Below, piece by piece: positions 20,008-30,267 of a stretch of DNA of 64,000 bases. Position numbers and translations under genes: made by a program. Position 1 is the stretch's first letter. Every line of letters starts with the position of its first letter. Origin of the DNA: a candidate division WOR-3 bacterium. GTDB lineage: Bacteria > Hydrothermota > 32-111. Under the pieces are notes generated by a model. That model was not told the DNA's origin. It was given only the letters and a program-made list of their open reading frames with translations, and searched no databases. The stretch lies in NCBI GenBank assembly GCA_039804105.1, contig JBDRZU010000002.1, forward strand, positions 224,001 to 288,000, read 5' to 3'.

Positions 20008-21360
20008 CTATACCAACAAGAACAAAAAAGTTGCTAACAAAAAAAGAATGAAAAATATTTTACTCATATCTTTTAATTTTAAAGTTGGTTCTTCACTTGA
20101 AAATGATAGACCTGTTTCTAAAACTTCCTCTCTGTAATCAAAAATTTTTCTGTCAAAATCAACACTTTTTTTTGAAAAAAAATCGAGCATATAATTCAAC
20201 AGAGGTAAAAATCCTGAAGTCAAAATAAAGTTTGAAAGATTTGTATCGAGAGGTAAAGAAACATAAAATTTTTCATCTGAAAATGAAACAAGTTTATTCC
20301 CTTCTTCATCAACGATTAAAGGTTCTTTGGGGATACTCGAAATTTTGTTATAGTAAAGGTTGTCAAATCCATTTTTTACAACTTCTTTTAGATTTTTATC
20401 CTTAAAAATTATTTCTTTTTTTCCTGGTGTTGAGTTTAACCTATATTCCTTTGAAAAAACAATACCTTTTTTTATATCATCTTTTTCAGAAATAAAAATA
20501 TCACTTTTACCTGTTTCATATCCGAGTGTTTTGAGTGCTAACTTGATACTCTTTTCATTTATCAGGTTGTTTACTTTTTCATTTTTTAAAAATATCGTTT
20601 TTGAAAATTTTATCGAATCATTAAAAATTTTTAAAAAGGTTAAAGAATCAAACCTAATATCGAAAAAATTGATTCCTTTTTTAAGTAAAACCTTTTCTTG
20701 TTTATCATTTATAATCAGGGAAGCGATCTTTTCATCTTTTGAAAAAATTTTGATCACAGGAAAAATATCAACGATTAGAATATCAAAATCGTTATCAATT
20801 TTTATAAAATCAAAATCCTCTCTGAATTTTTCATAAACTCTATCTGAAATCAAAACTTTTTTTATTGATGGTGAATTTATTTTTTGAATCAGTTTAACAA
20901 AATTTCTAATCACATACTCTTTTTCTAAAAGTTCTCCAGAAAAAATTTTTTCTTTTTTGAATGGATAATCAATTTTTTCTTTGCTATCAAAAATCAAAAT
21001 TTTCTCAAAATCGTTTTCTTTTTTAAATTTTTCAATTATACTATCAACTTTTTCACTTTTAAGATTTAAAAATGGAGTATTATCAATATATACAATGAGA
21101 AATTCAATTTTTTGTGATTTTATGTATGGTTTTGATAAAAAAAGTATCAAACATGAAAATGAAAACACAAAGAGAATTATTTTGAAAATGTATATGAAAA
21201 CTTTTAAATCTTTTTTTATGATACTTTTCTCTTCTTCCTTAAAAACATCAACATAAGGATAATTCTTTACTTTTTTGAATTTTTTTGAAAATATCAATAG
21301 AAGCAGAAATAAAGGTAAAAGAGAAAAAAGTATAAGAATATACTCTCTATAGAAAAACAC
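20008..21360 (-). CDS. Membrane-anchored protein with a BatA-like N-terminal double-TM region
   Basis: Two N-terminal TM segments ending in 'LSKP', a degenerate vWA-like 'VYIDNT', and a C-terminal TM; follows DUF58. Confidence 0.55.
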   Translation of the reverse strand: MFFYREYILILFSLLPLFLLLLIFSKKFKKVKNYPYVDVFKEEEKSIIKKDLKVFIYIFKIILFVFSFSCLILFLSKPYIKSQKIEFLIVYIDNTPFLNLKSEKVDSIIEKFKKENDFEKILIFDSKEKIDYPFKKEKIFSGELLEKEYVIRNFVKLIQKINSPSIKKVLISDRVYEKFREDFDFIKIDNDFDILIVDIFPVIKIFSKDEKIASLIINDKQEKVLLKKGINFFDIRFDSLTFLKIFNDSIKFSKTIFLKNEKVNNLINEKSIKLALKTLGYETGKSDIFISEKDDIKKGIVFSKEYRLNSTPGKKEIIFKDKNLKEVVKNGFDNLYYNKISSIPKEPLIVDEEGNKLVSFSDEKFYVSLPLDTNLSNFILTSGFLPLLNYMLDFFSKKSVDFDRKIFDYREEVLETGLSFSSEEPTLKLKDMSKIFFILFLLATFLFLLV

Positions 21361-22207
21361 TCTTTCTCCTTAAAAAGAATTTTGAAAGTGGTTTTTCAAA
21401 TCCTTCCTCTATCATTATATGGTTATAATCTATTCCATTTTCATAACAGATCTTTTTTATCCTTTCATTTCTCTGATTTAAAATTTTCAACCTGTCAAAA
21501 GACGAATCAAGAAAAATGGTTTTTCCTGTTTCCATATCTTTCAAATATACATTTTCAAAATTTTTTCTTTCAAATTCTTTTTTACTTTGAATATGGAAAA
21601 CTATAGAATCATTTTTGAAAACTTTATATATAGAAATCGTTTTCATAATGTTTTCAAGATTCTCCCCAAAATCTGTGATAAAAATAACAAAAGTTGATTT
21701 TTTTACTTTTGAAAGAATTTCCTGCAAAACTCTTGCACCCTCTGTTTCTCCTTCCGGTTTTATCTTTTCAAGATCTTGGTAGATTTGAAAAATCAGGTTT
21801 TGCTTTTTTGATGGTTTATGAAAAATTCTTATTCTGTTGTTATAAAGTGAATAACCAAAGGAATCGTTCTGTTTTTTTGCAATTAAAGCGAAAACAAACA
21901 GTAATGTTTTTCCATATTCAAATTTGTTTGAAAATTGCATAGATTTTGAAGAATCAAGAAACACAAGAATATCAGTGTCCGACTCGCCTTCGTTTTCTCT
22001 TACAAAAAGTTTTTCACTTCTTAAAAAAACTTTCCAATCGATCTTTTTAAAATCATCACCCTGTATATACTCTCTATACTCAGAAAATTCAGATGAAAAT
22101 CCTTTGTATGGAGTTTTATGTATACCTGAAAAATATCCTTTTAAAATATATTTTGATCTTAAAAAAAGGTTTTCTATACTGAAAATTTCTGAAAAATTTT
22201 TATTCAT
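21347..22207 (-). CDS. DUF58 (vWA-like, usually MoxR-associated) protein
   Basis: G.H.....G.S.EF.EYREY..GDD...IDWK and MIDAS-like LDSSKSM motifs. Confidence 0.92.
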   Translation of the reverse strand: MNKNFSEIFSIENLFLRSKYILKGYFSGIHKTPYKGFSSEFSEYREYIQGDDFKKIDWKVFLRSEKLFVRENEGESDTDILVFLDSSKSMQFSNKFEYGKTLLFVFALIAKKQNDSFGYSLYNNRIRIFHKPSKKQNLIFQIYQDLEKIKPEGETEGARVLQEILSKVKKSTFVIFITDFGENLENIMKTISIYKVFKNDSIVFHIQSKKEFERKNFENVYLKDMETGKTIFLDSSFDRLKILNQRNERIKKICYENGIDYNHIMIEEGFEKPLSKFFLRRKSVFL

Positions 22208-23726
22208 TTACTCTATAAATCTTTAAACTTTCATTTTGCAAAGATGTTCTGTATATAATTTGTGTTGAATCAAGAAATGATGGTTTATTACCATAATAAA
22301 AATAGTATGAGATTCTATATCTTTTTAAATCTTCAAAAAATTTATTCTCATCATCCGAGTAATAGAAAGTTCCATAATATTTCAAATTCAAATAATATGA
22401 AAGATATGTAGTGTTCTTTCTATTTGAATTTGATGCAACATTCCCTGAAATATCCAGATCTTTCAATTCTAATGAGAGGTTATAGAAATCTTTTCCAGAG
22501 TTAAGATCAGATTTCAACTCTTTTATAGGCATTACCAGAAAAGACAAAGAAATTAAGACAAAAGATGCAATTTTTAAATAATATTTAATTTTAAGATTCT
22601 CTAAAACAATCAAATACAAGGAAGCGATCAAATAAAAATTGATAAAGATATATCTCCTTTCAATTTCAACAGGTAGATATCCAATAAAAGATAGAATAGA
22701 TGCAGAAAAGATTAGTAAGAGATTTTTTCTTTTTTTCTTTCTTATAAACAAATATATGGATAGAATAAAAAACAAAGGCAAAAATAAAGAAAATGAGAGT
22801 AAAAGTTTCAATATTCTTAATGTCTTTTTAGAAACTATTTTTAAATAATAATTCAAATTTTCAATTATCATCTTAATATTGATCTCAGGATGTTTAACAT
22901 AAGAAGGATCATCCCAGAAAGATGTTGAAAGCGAATCTGGTGGTGGGAGTGGATGTGTATAGATCTCTTTCAGTTTTAAAGTGTCAATCGTTAAAACTGT
23001 ATAGTTGAATTTTCCTGTTGTTCCAACTGTTGGATAACCATACTTTGCAGAGACAATAAAGATCCAAATTGATGATAGAATAATGAAAACGATTCCTGAC
23101 AGAAGAAGATATTTTAGATTCTTAAAATTCTTTTTTATCAGGTTGATGAAGAATAGAATTATCAAAAGACCAAGGAAAAAGAAAAAACCGTATGTTTTTG
23201 CAAGATATGTCAAAAATCCTACAAATCCAAGTAAAATAAAGGAATATTTATTGTTGAAAAGATTTTCATCGACTAAAAATGATAATAAAAATAGGAAGAA
23301 GGTTGTAGTTATAAAATCTGATGTGATCGTTATAAGTGTAAAATGTGTTGTAAGAATTGGTGCAATGAATATTAAAAAAATTTTTTTATAGTTTGATTTT
23401 AATCCACTTTTTTTTAAAAATCTATCAAACGAGTATATTGAAAATAAACCTATAAAATAGGATAAAATTTTAAATGAAATCACACCTTCTTTAAAAACAA
23501 CCAAAAAAGGAATAAGTAAAAAAGAGATTAAAGGAGACCAGTAGCCGTTTACAGCAAGTTTTAAATTTCCTGTTAAATATTTTTTTGCGATGTTTATTAT
23601 TGAAATTCCATCAGGGTTGATCTGGTATTTGAAAAAAGGGAGAAAGAAAAAAAACAATATTGTGTAAATGATAAATGTTAACAAGAGATAATATTTTGAA
23701 ATAAAATCTTTAACTTTTTGTTTCAT
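22200..23726 (-). CDS. Polytopic membrane protein, GT-C/ArnT-like glycosyltransferase candidate
   Basis: About 11 TM segments; first loop 'INPDGIS...IA......G...AVNGYWSPL'; likely start MKQKVKDF at 23726. Confidence 0.6.
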   Translation of the reverse strand: MKQKVKDFISKYYLLLTFIIYTILFFFFLPFFKYQINPDGISIINIAKKYLTGNLKLAVNGYWSPLISFLLIPFLVVFKEGVISFKILSYFIGLFSIYSFDRFLKKSGLKSNYKKIFLIFIAPILTTHFTLITITSDFITTTFFLFLLSFLVDENLFNNKYSFILLGFVGFLTYLAKTYGFFFFLGLLIILFFINLIKKNFKNLKYLLLSGIVFIILSSIWIFIVSAKYGYPTVGTTGKFNYTVLTIDTLKLKEIYTHPLPPPDSLSTSFWDDPSYVKHPEINIKMIIENLNYYLKIVSKKTLRILKLLLSFSLFLPLFFILSIYLFIRKKKRKNLLLIFSASILSFIGYLPVEIERRYIFINFYLIASLYLIVLENLKIKYYLKIASFVLISLSFLVMPIKELKSDLNSGKDFYNLSLELKDLDISGNVASNSNRKNTTYLSYYLNLKYYGTFYYSDDENKFFEDLKRYRISYYFYYGNKPSFLDSTQIIYRTSLQNESLKIYRVNE

Positions 23727-25281
23727 GGTATGATTCTTCTGCATTGACATTCCAGATCGTTTCTTTACTCTTTTTGTTCTCAACGATTATCTCATAACAT
23801 TCCTTGGCGCTGAGCATAGAATGATCCATATTGTTATATCTATGCATTCCATTTCTTCCAATTAAAAAAAGATTTTCGATTTTATCTGAAAACTCTTTAA
23901 CAGTTTCAAAATCTCTATAAACACCAAAATATGCAGGATACGCTTTTTCTTCCCTTAAAATTACACTATCGAGAACATCTTCTTTTTTAAAGAATCCAAT
24001 TTTTTCCATCTCTTCAAATGAAAAATTTTTTAAAAGATCATCTTCAAGATTCCAAATTTGGTCAAAGGTGTTTGCAAAATATTCTAAACCCATCCAGACA
24101 AGATTCAAATCTTTTACAAGGTATGGAGACCAGTTGTTAAAAATCTGTGCTCTTCCAACTTTAACATCCTTTTCCTGAATATAGATCCAATTGTCTGGGA
24201 TTATATTGTTTACAGTTTTAATTTTCGTTTTATTTTCAAGTAAGAGTTTTTTTAATAAAACTCCAACAGTAAAAAAGTCCCGATATTGTAAATTCAACGC
24301 AACATTTTTAACTTTATCTGGAATTTTATCACCTTCCATACCTTCAAATAAATCCTTTATAGGAAGTGTTGAAATAAAGTAATCACAATCTATTTTTTCA
24401 ATATTTTTGTTTTTATCTTCAATTTTAACAGAGACAATCTTATTATTTTCTAAAATTACTCCTACTATCCTCTTATTTTTTTCTATAATTGCTCCATTAT
24501 TTTCAGCCAACTTTCCAACTTCTTCCCAGAACTGTCCTGGTCCATATTTAGGATACAAAAATTTTTCAATCAAACTCGTTTCAACTTCCTTCTGATCAAT
24601 ATTTCTACTTTTAAAATTTTTAGTTATTGCATGAATTATCGCTTTACCAATATCCAATCCTTTTACTCTCTGTCTTCCCCAACTTGCTTCAATATCTTTA
24701 CACGAAACACCCCACACCTTTTCTGTATAATCCTTAAAAAATGTATCATAGAGTTCAAATCCAAATCTATTGATAAAAAAATCTTCAAGATTTTTTTCCT
24801 CTTTTATCGGTTTGATTTTGACTTTCAAATAATCCAAACCTATTTTTAAACTTTTTGTAATTCCAAGATTTTTTAATGTTTCAAATGATAAACTCACAGG
24901 ATAACTGTAAAATTTTCTACCATAAAATATTCTTGACAATCTATCTCTTATCAAAAATACATTATCATCGATTTCTGGATCAACCTTTCTATCTTTTTTT
25001 TCAAAAGAGATCTCTTTATTCAAAATGATTTGATCTTTTGATCTTTCGGTCTGAATCGGGAAAATCGAAGTCCAAAAATCCATAACCCATGATGATTTTG
25101 AAAAGAATCTATGACCACCAAGATCTATTCTATTTCCATTATAATTTAATGTTTTTGCTATCCCCCCAAGATATTCTGATTTTTCAAAAAGTATAACTTT
25201 ATAATTTTTGTTTTTTGTAAAAAGATATGCTGCTGTAAGCCCGGCAGGACCTCCACCACCAATAACTATAATTTTTCCCAT
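23710..25281 (-). CDS. NAD(P)/FAD-dependent oxidoreductase (UDP-galactopyranose mutase/HemY-like family)
   Basis: Rossmann [27 protein letters not shown] and [15 protein letters not shown] motifs. Confidence 0.85.
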   Translation of the reverse strand: MGKIIVIGGGGPAGLTAAYLFTKNKNYKVILFEKSEYLGGIAKTLNYNGNRIDLGGHRFFSKSSWVMDFWTSIFPIQTERSKDQIILNKEISFEKKDRKVDPEIDDNVFLIRDRLSRIFYGRKFYSYPVSLSFETLKNLGITKSLKIGLDYLKVKIKPIKEEKNLEDFFINRFGFELYDTFFKDYTEKVWGVSCKDIEASWGRQRVKGLDIGKAIIHAITKNFKSRNIDQKEVETSLIEKFLYPKYGPGQFWEEVGKLAENNGAIIEKNKRIVGVILENNKIVSVKIEDKNKNIEKIDCDYFISTLPIKDLFEGMEGDKIPDKVKNVALNLQYRDFFTVGVLLKKLLLENKTKIKTVNNIIPDNWIYIQEKDVKVGRAQIFNNWSPYLVKDLNLVWMGLEYFANTFDQIWNLEDDLLKNFSFEEMEKIGFFKKEDVLDSVILREEKAYPAYFGVYRDFETVKEFSDKIENLFLIGRNGMHRYNNMDHSMLSAKECYEIIVENKKSKETIWNVNAEESYHETKS

Positions 25282-25290
25282 ATGGAATAG

Positions 25291-25318
25291 ATTATATGTT
25301 AAATAAAAAATTTTTCAA
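25291..25318 (-). promoter_or_regulatory. Sigma70-type promoter, near-leaderless
   Basis: TTGAAA-16 nt-TATAAT, 9 nt before ATG 25281. Confidence 0.55.
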
Positions 25319-25322
25319 CAAA

Positions 25323-27098
25323 TTAAAATTTGATAAATTTGAAATTTTTATTTATATTATTGTCTTTATAAACCACAAAGAAAATTCCACTTTTTCCTAA
25401 ATCTTTTAAATCATTTTCTCCTTGATAAAGTGTTTTCAGAATTCTACCATTACAATCTACAAGTTTCGCAGAGTTTATATTTTCAAGGATTATTTTATTG
25501 CCAGAAAGATAAATTTTCCCTTTGCTTTCTTGTTGTTTTATAATAATATCTTTTCGCGAGTTTTCATTGGTTCTTGTTAGAGTAAATTCAAGATCGTAAT
25601 CGAAAAAGTTTGAAAATGTTTCTTTTATCAATTGATCAAGATTTTTATAATCGATATATTCTATCGGAAAACCAAAGAATACAGATTTATGTGTTTTTGC
25701 AATATTGTTGACACCAACATATATTGGTGCCTTTGACTTACCAAGATAGTAATTCACGTTTACAAAAGTGTCTCTTGGAAAAGGCATAACATAGTCAACT
25801 TTGGATGAGGTCGCTTCAACTTGTTGAATTAAAGAAGTATATGGATTTAACGAATAAAAACTTGTTTTATCTGCTGTAAAGAAAACATCATCATATATAC
25901 TTGACCTATAATCAATCCATAAGAAATATGCTAAAAAAGGAAATTCATCAGTTTGAACATTTTGTCCTGGAATTCCATATGACTGTGCAAGGTTTTCTCC
26001 AGAAACAAGAATGTTCCCTCCATAGGTAAGGTATCTTTGTAAATTGAATGTATCATCAGGCAAAATAAATGGTTCACCATATTCTCCTGTATAAAGTATA
26101 ACCGTTGTAAATTTTGAAAGAAAAGTATAGTTTGGATATGTTGCAGTTGACTTTAAATTTATATAATAGTATTCAATTCCGTTATTATTAAGTGCTTTTA
26201 AAAGTTCATAAGTCGCTTTTGCCACCTGTCCATCATCCTGTATCACAAGAGTTCTACCTATCGAGAAGAATCTCAAAATGTCTCTTAAATAACTTGTTCT
26301 TATTAGGATATTCTTCATAGAATCTGGTATATCTTTACCCTGTTTATATGGAAAAGCATAAGCACCAAAATCTGTTGTTTGCATCACTGTTTTTCCAGGA
26401 AAATAGTAAGGTGCTTTCGATTCTGGTGGTGTATACGCTGTTGCAGTTGACCTATAAAGTTTTCCTTTTGCGTTGAAAACAAGGAAAGGATAATAGTAGG
26501 GTTCCCCAATTCCATAAAAGTTCCCAAGTTGGTCTATAGAATAATCAGGGGGAGTTCCCGCTGGGTAAACAAATTCATAATACCTGCAAAAGTTTGATGT
26601 TGTATCAGTGTAAACAGTTTCAACATAAGAATAGTTTGTACCACCACTATAAAGAAGATAATTGTTAAAATAGTAATTCAAAAAATTTTTATCAGTTCTA
26701 TCAAGATAATCTGCAATGTTGTTACCTTCAAGGTATAGGCAACCACCACTGTCAAGATATTCTTTGAGTTTATCTATATCACTTTGGGAAATAATCGTAG
26801 TCAAAGCGAGACGAGGACCACATGTAACAAAAACTGCACCATACAGTAATAATTCTTCTATAGGTGGTAATGTGCTATTTATATCAAGATTATGAGAATC
26901 TTTTGAAAACCCAAGAATTGCGAAAGATTGTCTTAGATTTTCTTCATAACCTATATATTTATCAGGATTATCTGGATCTTGAAAAGTAAGTCCATTATCG
27001 TTATCCCACAAAAATATTCTCACATTACTGAAATTTTGAGAAAATAGTATTACAAAAATCACCAAAAAACTTAATAAAAATATAACGGATTTTTTCAT
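25323..27098 (-). CDS. Secreted protein with two tandem alpha/beta domains and a T9SS-CTD-like tail
   Basis: Start MKKSVIFLL at 27098 after GGAGG. Duplicated 'L..YL..GG.L...G.N' motif. Ends 'LVDCNGRILK...KSGIFFV......FKFIKF'. Confidence 0.75.
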   Translation of the reverse strand: MKKSVIFLLSFLVIFVILFSQNFSNVRIFLWDNDNGLTFQDPDNPDKYIGYEENLRQSFAILGFSKDSHNLDINSTLPPIEELLLYGAVFVTCGPRLALTTIISQSDIDKLKEYLDSGGCLYLEGNNIADYLDRTDKNFLNYYFNNYLLYSGGTNYSYVETVYTDTTSNFCRYYEFVYPAGTPPDYSIDQLGNFYGIGEPYYYPFLVFNAKGKLYRSTATAYTPPESKAPYYFPGKTVMQTTDFGAYAFPYKQGKDIPDSMKNILIRTSYLRDILRFFSIGRTLVIQDDGQVAKATYELLKALNNNGIEYYYINLKSTATYPNYTFLSKFTTVILYTGEYGEPFILPDDTFNLQRYLTYGGNILVSGENLAQSYGIPGQNVQTDEFPFLAYFLWIDYRSSIYDDVFFTADKTSFYSLNPYTSLIQQVEATSSKVDYVMPFPRDTFVNVNYYLGKSKAPIYVGVNNIAKTHKSVFFGFPIEYIDYKNLDQLIKETFSNFFDYDLEFTLTRTNENSRKDIIIKQQESKGKIYLSGNKIILENINSAKLVDCNGRILKTLYQGENDLKDLGKSGIFFVVYKDNNINKNFKFIKF

Positions 27099-27120
27099 AA
27101 AAACCCTCCTTTGTATATTT

Positions 27121-27198
27121 AGATTAAACCAAAAGTAGTTTGAAGTCAAGGAAAATTTAAAAAAACACCTTGACTTTTTGTAAAAAATTATATAAAAT
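27121..27198. promoter_or_regulatory. Divergent promoters between the two secreted-protein genes
   Basis: Minus: TTGACT (27149-27144)-17 nt-TAATCT. Plus: TTGACT (27170-27175)-17 nt-TAAAAT. Confidence 0.5.
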
Positions 27199-27216
27199 TT
27201 TACAAAAGGAGGAAAT

Positions 27217-30200
27217 ATGAAAAAATTTGTAAACTTTTTGATTTTACTCTTTTTTATTCAATTATTTTCTTACGAGTTAAGAAATGAACAAAATCAAAAA
27301 GATTTTGAGGTTCCATTTATTCCTTTTTCAAAAAAATTGATTTTCGACTATGAAAAAAATGTCCTTGTGGTTCATCAGAAAGATATAAAACCTGAAGGGT
27401 TAAATTTTATATTACTCTCTTTAGGATACCAATATTCCAACATTGTGAATGAAGACAACTCTTTTAGCACTGTTAAACATCTTATCGATTCAATTGAAAA
27501 CATAAAAAAACTATGCTGTATAATCCTTATAGGCGATGAAAATAGAATCAATCCTTATAGAAACTGTTTAAATCCTTACACTTTAAAATATTTCTCATCA
27601 GACCTTTTATTTTCAAACCCATTTTATGATACTCTTTTTGTTCCTGTCTCGAGGATCCCTGTTTCAAATCAAGAACAACTAAACATTTATATTGAAAAAT
27701 TGAAAAATTTTCTTTTTGATAACTCAACTGTTGATTTTATTTTTTCTTCTCCTTTTTATGATTACAATTCTGACTCAACAGAAGATTATCTTTATTTCAC
27801 ATATCCTTATTTCATAAATAAAGTTTTAAAAGGAAAGATATATGGAGAAACAAATTCTTCTTTTCCAAAATACACTTACACATATGAGAAATTACCTGAT
27901 TCTTTAATGTTTCCTAAATACAACTGGATCTTCGAGTTAAACATGTTGAATCAGGAAACAGACAACTTCATCTTTACATATAGAGGTCATGGTAATACGA
28001 TTTCAACAGTTCTTCCAGATTTTTCATTAAGTGATATCTACTCTTTAAATTTTTCAAAAAGTGGAATTTTTCTTTTCTTTTCCTGTCTTGTTGGTAGTTT
28101 TGATAAAACAAATTCAAACTATGAAAGATCTTTCTCTGAGTCACTTCTTGTTTCAGATTGTAATTCGATACTCACCTTTTCATCCTCATCAGAAACTTTT
28201 TACCAATATAACAATTATATGATGAACAAATTTTTTGATTTTTTTGACGATAACTGTTTTAAACTTGAAAAAACGGAAAATGAATCAATCTTTTTGGATC
28301 TGTACACCAAATTGGTTTTTTCGTTTTTAAATTACGCTGGTATAAACGATTATTCCATCTCCCAGATACTTTCATACAATATTTTTGGGGTTCCAATTTT
28401 GAACATGAAAAAATCTTCTACAAACAAACCCTATCTTATTTCAAACTATTACAAAATATCAGATTCTTTAATAGAAGTAAACATTCTACAACCCTGCAAA
28501 ATAAACATTTTTTCAAAGGAAAAGATTCTTGATACTTTTTACTTCTCTGAACCTACGAAATTCTGCTACAGATTTTTCAACTTAAAACCTGAATCTTTCT
28601 ACTATATTTCATCTTATAAAAATGGTGTTTTATTTATTGATTCGTTCTATCTGGATCGTGATTCTATTTACATAGATACAATCTTTTTTTCAGATAGTTT
28701 ATCAAACAATAACGATATGATAGAGGAGGGTGAACCAATACAGATTTATTTCAAACTAAACTGTAACATCGATCAACAAAGGATAAGTATCATCTCAAAC
28801 TCTTGTGAAATTATCGAAAATATAATTTTCGATAAAGAGTTTTATAAAGTAATAGTAAAACCTTTAAAAGGTATAAAGAGTTTAGATTTAAATATCATGA
28901 TTGATTCGTTTAATTTTTATTTTTCCTTTCCTGTAAACATGTTCAGAATAGTTATCGATTCAATAATATCTAATGAAACTGTAATTTTTTATGAGAACCA
29001 GGAATATCAACTTGGAATTTTAATATCAAAAGTAAACGACTTTCCTTCAGAGAGTATTCAAATAAAATTTTTAAATAAGGGTTATAAAGTTTTAAAAGAT
29101 ACTTTTTGGATAAAAACTCCATTCGAAGAGGTTATTATATGGAACTATTTTACATTTTTTAATGACACAAATCAGATAACGATTGAATATTCTACCGGTT
29201 TTATAAATGATACAATTTCAATTAAGATTTTAACGAGCAAAAGATTTTCCATGTTTTTTTTCGATCCTTTAAACAACTATCAAAACTCAAACTTTTTAAC
29301 ATTTTTAAAAGATTCGATGAAGATTTTTGTAAACATTTCAAACAGAATCGATACATCGATCTTTTATTCTTCATACTTTTTCTCTTATGGAGTATATCCG
29401 AAGATATACCATATTACTTCGACTGAATCAAAATTCATCGAAAAGTTGGCTTCTTACAACATTCCTTTAATAGTCGAAGGAGGAGATGTTTTTGGATACG
29501 ATAAAGAGGGAAAAAGGATCAAAGAACTTTTCAACATAAATGAATCATATGATGGGAATTATCTTTATAAAGGAAGCAATCTCAAGATCCTGCCTTTAAA
29601 CTTAGATGTATTGTACGATACTACAAACAACTATATGGATTATTATATAACAGATCAACCTGTTCTTACTTATGAAAATAAAATTTTTGGGTCTTTGAAA
29701 GATAACAGAATAGCACAATCTCCACTTTTAAAAAACTTAAAATATCTTGACGAGAATATACTTTACTATCATTACACTTTATTTCTGTTCGATTTTCATG
29801 AGGGAATCTCTTTTAAAGAGACGATTGATATCTCAATAGATAAAATTTTTGAAATATGTTCAAATGTTGATAATCCTCAGTTAATCTTCTGTACTTCTCT
29901 AAGTAGTTTTATAGATTCAATTAAATTTGAAAATGGCAGGGTTATATATCCTTACTCTAAAAAAACAATAAAAATTTTTATAAAAAGGAATTCTCCTCCA
30001 TTTTTCACAAAAATAGTTTTATCAACAGGATTTTCTGAATATACATTATTTTTAAAATACACTCCATACACCCAAACAAAAAAAGTAAAAGTAAAAGAAA
30101 AAGAAATATTGAAAAGTGAAGACAAAAAAATCTATTTCGACAGAATAGGAAGAAAAGTTTTCAAAAATGATTTGAAAACTTTTGATATCTATTTCACTGA

Positions 30201-30231
30201 AGATAAAAAGATATTAATTCTAAAAAAATAG
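27217..30231 (+). CDS. Gingipain-like cysteine peptidase (family C25), secreted, with degenerate CTD-like tail
   Basis: Signal peptide; IILIGD, SDL.F, VSRIP, catalytic His in YRGHG, Cys in SCLVGSF, YNIFGVP; tail 'YFDRIGRKV......DIYF...KKILILKK'. Confidence 0.8.
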   Translation: MKKFVNFLILLFFIQLFSYELRNEQNQKDFEVPFIPFSKKLIFDYEKNVLVVHQKDIKPEGLNFILLSLGYQYSNIVNEDNSFSTVKHLIDSIENIKKLCCIILIGDENRINPYRNCLNPYTLKYFSSDLLFSNPFYDTLFVPVSRIPVSNQEQLNIYIEKLKNFLFDNSTVDFIFSSPFYDYNSDSTEDYLYFTYPYFINKVLKGKIYGETNSSFPKYTYTYEKLPDSLMFPKYNWIFELNMLNQETDNFIFTYRGHGNTISTVLPDFSLSDIYSLNFSKSGIFLFFSCLVGSFDKTNSNYERSFSESLLVSDCNSILTFSSSSETFYQYNNYMMNKFFDFFDDNCFKLEKTENESIFLDLYTKLVFSFLNYAGINDYSISQILSYNIFGVPILNMKKSSTNKPYLISNYYKISDSLIEVNILQPCKINIFSKEKILDTFYFSEPTKFCYRFFNLKPESFYYISSYKNGVLFIDSFYLDRDSIYIDTIFFSDSLSNNNDMIEEGEPIQIYFKLNCNIDQQRISIISNSCEIIENIIFDKEFYKVIVKPLKGIKSLDLNIMIDSFNFYFSFPVNMFRIVIDSIISNETVIFYENQEYQLGILISKVNDFPSESIQIKFLNKGYKVLKDTFWIKTPFEEVIIWNYFTFFNDTNQITIEYSTGFINDTISIKILTSKRFSMFFFDPLNNYQNSNFLTFLKDSMKIFVNISNRIDTSIFYSSYFFSYGVYPKIYHITSTESKFIEKLASYNIPLIVEGGDVFGYDKEGKRIKELFNINESYDGNYLYKGSNLKILPLNLDVLYDTTNNYMDYYITDQPVLTYENKIFGSLKDNRIAQSPLLKNLKYLDENILYYHYTLFLFDFHEGISFKETIDISIDKIFEICSNVDNPQLIFCTSLSSFIDSIKFENGRVIYPYSKKTIKIFIKRNSPPFFTKIVLSTGFSEYTLFLKYTPYTQTKKVKVKEKEILKSEDKKIYFDRIGRKVFKNDLKTFDIYFTEDKKILILKK

Positions 30232-30232
30232 T

Positions 30233-30260
30233 TTGACTTTATCATATCAATTTTTATAAT
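30233..30260 (+). promoter_or_regulatory. Sigma70 promoter giving a leaderless transcript
   Basis: TTGACT-16 nt-TATAAT, then 7 T and ATG 30268; no SD. Confidence 0.65.
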
Positions 30261-30267
30261 TTTTTTT

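Noticed and set aside
25240..25262. Four consecutive Gly in the Rossmann motif (GGGGPAG)
   Set aside because: Still fits GxGxxG; at most a one-residue variation.
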